DNA of 63,969 nucleotides, counting the filler, from Olpidium bornovanus S191 (lineage: Eukaryota > Fungi > Olpidiomycota), in the NCBI GenBank assembly GCA_017911155.1. It is 31 parts of 31 records of this genome, joined end to end, with 100 filler letters (N's around TTAATTAATTAA, not from the genome) between each part and the next. Parts side by side here need not be neighbours in the genome. Positions count along the whole stretch, not along the records: positions 59,833 to 62,759 come from JAEFCI010003803.1; positions 62,860 to 63,969 come from JAEFCI010002786.1; 29 more parts are not named here. One strand, 5' to 3'. The position numbers and the translations under genes are program-made. The notes under the pieces were generated by a model. That model saw nothing but the letters and a program-made list of their open reading frames with translations, searched no databases and was not told the origin of the DNA. Positions 59,833-63,969 of the stretch are shown here, one piece after another; position 1 is the first letter of the stretch, and each line of letters starts with the position of its first letter.

Positions 59833-61957
59833 CATGATCTCCAAGGAGAGCATTATCAAGAGCCTCTCCCGCGGTCAGCGCAGCTCTGGGGATCTCATCC
59901 CCTGGCTTATCTCTCAACAGTTCCAGGACAACGACTTCGCGTCCCTGTCCGGTGCGCGCATCGTCCGGATCGCCACCCACCCGGACTACGTCAAGGTGCG
60001 TGTTGGTGTTTGGCAAATTTTTCCGCAAGATGGCGACGGCGAGTTTGCGGATGGTGATCCAGGAATCACGCCTGCGCACTGAACTCTGCGGCTTTGCCCA
60101 ACCACGACTTTCGGCGCAATGTATGGGTCGCGCGTTGCAGATGGGCTACGGAGGGCGTGCTCTGGAGCTTCTGAGCCGATTCTACGAGGACAGAACTGGA
60201 GCGTTGAGCGACGATGAAAATATTAAGATGCTTGGGGACGATGACACCGAATTTAAGCGTGTCAGGGACAGGGAACTGGAGGTAACGCTCGGGAGCGGTT
60301 GGCTCTCTCCAGGCTGTTTCCTTTCCTCGCACCAGACGTTTACAGCGAGGTTCACATGCGCTTTATTTCAGAACGGTTTTCTTGCGACGGATAAGATTGC
60401 CGTTCGCGATCCCCGCAAGATGCCGCCGCTACTTCTGCGCTTGTCTGAGCGACAACCACTGCGCCTTCACTGGCTGGGCGTGTCTTATGGTCTCACCGCC
60501 CAGCTGCACAAATTCTGGAAGCGCGCTGGTTACGCGCCGGTGTACTTGCGCCAGACGACGGTGCGAAGCTTGCTCATGCGCGTTTCGGTTTTTCTTTTTT
60601 GTCCTTTCCATCGGACGTCGGCGGGACCCTGGGAACTGAACAAACTTCCCTGATTTCGCATTGCTTTAGAATGACCTTACCGGGGAGCACACGTGTGTCA
60701 TGCTGAAGGCGTTATCATCCAACGGGATGACAATCCAGCCCTCCGAGGACTGGCTCGACCTGTTTTCCCAGGACTTCCGGAAGCGGTTCATTGAGCTGTT
60801 GTCGTACCAGTTCAAGACGTTACCGTCTGTTCTGGCGTTAAGCATCCTTGAAGTCACCTACAGGAAGAGAAAGGCTCACGCAAATTGTGAGGCGGTCTTG
60901 TAACTCGGACATTAGCGTTTTTTTTTCAGTGCGTCCATTGCTGGACCTGAAACCGTTTGGTTTTTTCTTTCCCCGGACTAGCACTGACGAAAGCGGACAT
61001 CGATCGGAACTACAGCGCTTACGACTTGAAGCGCTTAGAAAGCTACGCTCGCAACATGCTGGACTACCACGTGATACTCGACCTGATACCCTCGATCGCC
61101 CGGCACCACCTCAACGGCTGGTTTGGCGCTTCCCTTAGTTCGGCGTCCGGTGACGGCGCCGCGAATACCGGTTTGTCGGTTACGCTTTCCGCTCTGCAGT
61201 CAGCGATTCTGCTCGGCATTGGCCTCCAGCGCAAGTCCGTGGACGACCTGGAGAAGGAGTTCTCCCTCCCGTCGTCGCAGGTACTCGCCCTTTTTGCCAA
61301 GATCGTTCGGAAAGTCTCGACGTTCCTCCACGGCGTCCTCGAAAGCGCCGCGCGATCCGAGCTCCAGGGGGAACAGGGGAGCGTGGGGAACGGGGGCGAA
61401 AAAGAGGAGGACGAGGAGAAGGAGGATGAGGACGAGGAGGAGGACGGGGAGGAGGCGGGCGCCAAAGCGAGGCCGACGAAGAGGAACGCGAGGGACGAGG
61501 TCGCCTGGGATCCCGTCTCGCAGGCCCTCGACGACGATCTCTGCGAGGCCGGTTCGGAGGCCCTGCGCGCCGTCCGCGAAAAGCAACGCGAGTTGATCAA
61601 CTCCCTGGACCTGTCCAAGTGCGTTCGTTGTTCCGGGGGTCGCCGGCCGCGGGGAACCCGCGGTTTTTTCACTCTTTGCACTCTTTTACCTTCAATGCTC
61701 CTGGTTTTTCACGGTTTTATGAATGCTCGGTCTCTCTTGCACCGCCGCCCTGCAGGTACGCCATAGGCGGCAGGGACGAGGATTGGGAGGAGGCGGCCGC
61801 CCACGCAGTCAAGGGCAAGGGTTCGCAAGTCATCAGCATCGCCAACCCGAAAAGTTCCAAAAAGCGGAAGTCTTCCGGCGCGGCTGCGATCGCGGCCGCG
61901 GAGCTGGGTAAGCAGCGAGGAAAGGTCAAGTTAAGCAAGAAGGCCAGGAGAACATAA
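59833..61957 (+). CDS. KRE33: RNA cytidine acetyltransferase Kre33/NAT10, C-terminal half
   Basis: RGQRSSGDLIPWLISQQFQDNDFASLSGARIVRIATHPDY..|MGYG.RALELL, PPLL..LSER, LHWLGVSYGLT..L.KFWKRAGYAPVYLRQT|NDLTGEHTCVMLK, DFRKRF..LLSYQF, YDLKRLESYA.NMLDYHVILDL and LGIGLQRK. Confidence 0.97.
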
Positions 61958-62685
61958 TCTGATCCTCCTCCCCTCACTTCTCCTCCCTTTCCCTCCCTCC
62001 CGCCCCCTCCCCCCCCCCACCCCGGCCGTCTCGTTCCCTCTTTTCTGTGTATGTGATTTTTTCGGCTACCTATTACTTGCATGTAAAGAATGTACAACCA
62101 TCGTGATAATTTTCCGGGCAAGTCTTGCCAGATTTTTTTTTTTTTTTTTTAATCTCCGGGGCCCCTGCAAACAGAGAGACCGTTTCTGGGCAGTCGTTGT
62201 GCACACTGCTGCCGCGCGGTTTTTCCGCGGGCGGTGGTTGCGGAAACGGGAGGGCGCTTCAGCATCCCGCGACGGGTTCCCCCCGTTTGCAACGTGCATC
62301 GACCCCAAGGTCGGGGTTTTTTTTTTTTTTTTTTTTTTTTTGTATACATCGGGTCGGCACCCATTGACGGCGCGGACTGGTAATCGGAAAGGCAAGCCGC
62401 CGCAGGCCGTCCCGGCCGAGAGGGGAAGGGGTTTTTTTTTTTTTTTTTTTTTTTGGTTTTTTACCTGTGGGTTTCTGCGGGCGCCTGGCCACCTCCCCCT
62501 TCCACCCAACCCCTCCTTCCCGCACGCAACCCGCAGGGGGGGAAAAAAAAAACCCCCCTCTCGCTCGCCTACCGGCGTTCGCAGCGTCAGCCGATCAGTG
62601 CTGCCGACCTTGCGCCTCTCCAACCCCTTCCCCGCGAGACGCGATGGCCGAGTTCGAAGACTTCGAGAGCTTCATGTGCGTTCTT

Positions 62686-62735
<50 letters not shown>

Positions 62736-63969
62736 CGGCCCCCGCCCCCCCCCCCCCCCNNNNNNNNNNNNNNNNNNNNNNNNNNNNNNNNNNNNNNNNN
62801 NNNTTAATTAATTAANNNNNNNNNNNNNNNNNNNNNNNNNNNNNNNNNNNNNNNNNNNNCATGGCCGGCGCGCCGTCGTTTGCGCCGTTTCTTTTTTTCT
62901 TTCTTTCTCTCTTGTTTTTTGGTTTTTTTTTGGTCTGGATCGCACGCATATTTGGGCGCGTTTTCGGACGCGTTTGGTTTTTTTTTTTTTTTTTTTTTGT
63001 TGTCAGCGCAACCGATACCCCGCGGAACCCACCGCAGTTGGAAGAAAAAATAAAAATAAAGAGTAAAAAATAAACAAATTGCGCACGTGAGAGGCGGGTC
63101 GGAGAGCGCCCATCATCAGCGCGACACGGTCGTCATCACCACCGTAAATGTAAACACGCGCGGCTTCGGCGAGCTCTTCGGCGAAGAGCGATCCGCCAGA
63201 AAAAAATACAAAGAAAGACGATTCGACGCCGTGGCCGCCCGGAGTTGGGGGAAGAAGGAGCGCGCGCGGCTTTCCGTCCGCGCGCGTTTGGAACTTCTGC
63301 GCTGTCCCCCCCTCCCCCTTCCCCTCCTCCCCCGCACATTATTCTTTTTTGGTAGCCCAAACCCCGTTTCTCTCCGCCCGTGACAAAGACCGGCGCGAAA
63401 TACAAAATAAAAGCCTCTGCGGTCCGGATGGAAAAAAAAATGACGCGAAATCCCTCCCCCCCCACATCACGCCCCTTCCCCAACCCCACGTCCCAGAAAA
63501 CGTGTCGGGGAGGCGGGCGACGGAGGCGGAAGAGGCTGAGGGTGAGGGGGAAGAAGGGGTCGCGGCGGCCCGGGCTATCCCCCGACGTTCGCGCGCCAAA
63601 GACGAACGTCGAGATTTGCGCCCGCGCGAGCCGAGGAAAAGAAGGGTGAAAAAGTCCCCCCATCCCTTCTTCCCCTGCACCCACCCCCCCGGGAAAATGC
63701 GGAACTCGCCGACCAGGAAGGAAGACGGGAGAAGTCTGGGGGGGAGGGGGGGGGAGGGGGTGTTTTGAGTTTTGGAGCCGGGTGATACGCGCAGAACACG
63801 GTAACGAAGGTGTTTGGAAAACGAGTAATTCCCTCCCGGTGACACCCGCGCCCCTTTTTTGCAGGGTGAATTTCAACGGCAAAGAGACTCTCACAAGGGG
63901 AAGAAAAAGGGGCTTGCTCGCGAGCAGTGCGCCCTGGGGCCCGGCCCATCCCTCATTTTGTCTAACAAG

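Larger units (their letters stand above)
7172..62859. other. 30 artificial contig spacers: 44 N + TTAATTAATTAA + 44 N
   Basis: TTAATTAATTAA (stop in all six frames) starts at 7216, 8705, 10403, 11918, 13786, 15973, 19056, 20824, 22029, 23604, 24840, 26661, 28477, 31048, 32335, 33717, 35985, 37923, 41311, 42833, 44906, 46725, 48545, 52293, 53925, 55461, 57142, 58394, 59777 and 62804. Confidence 0.98.

Noticed and set aside
1769-61957. Many long overlapping or antisense ORFs (e.g. 2276-3250, 10567-11328, 25368-26585, 29359-30300, 44963-46099)
   Set aside because: These are expected shadows of GC-rich coding DNA opposite recognised genes and have no domain motifs.
7272-62759. Long poly-C/G/A/T runs and the poly-Pro/Gly/Lys/Phe ORFs they create
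   Set aside because: They are concentrated at contig ends and probably inflated by sequencing or assembly error; lengths are unreliable.

Overview
This window is not a contiguous locus. It is 31 short eukaryotic contigs (about 1-7 kb) joined by 30 identical artificial 100-nt spacers (44 N + TTAATTAATTAA + 44 N), so gene order carries no biological meaning. The DNA is GC-rich and intron-rich with GT-AG introns, and the gene content is fungal. A probable flagellar gene (LRRC46-like) suggests a zoosporic early-diverging fungus, possibly Olpidium-like; that identification is inference. Recognisable genes, mostly partial: Rtt109, LRRC46-like, SMG5-like PIN, SUS1/ENY2 (complete, 5 exons), a divergent beta-tubulin, an NTF2 exon, TAF8, Kes1/Osh4, Bin3/MePCE, KDM3-type JmjC, FMO, an uncharacterised conserved protein, Wss1, transketolase, TFIIIC Tfc4, type II NADH dehydrogenase, Hop2, questin-oxidase-like, UCH37-like, APC10 and Kre33/NAT10. 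Decayed Ty1/copia, gag-like and pogo elements and several tandem repeats are also present. The most striking item is a complete 115-aa secreted precursor at 36346-36693: signal peptide, 14 consecutive X-Pro dipeptides, then a 67-aa Gly/Tyr/Lys cationic peptide. All family assignments come from motif recall; no database searches were run.
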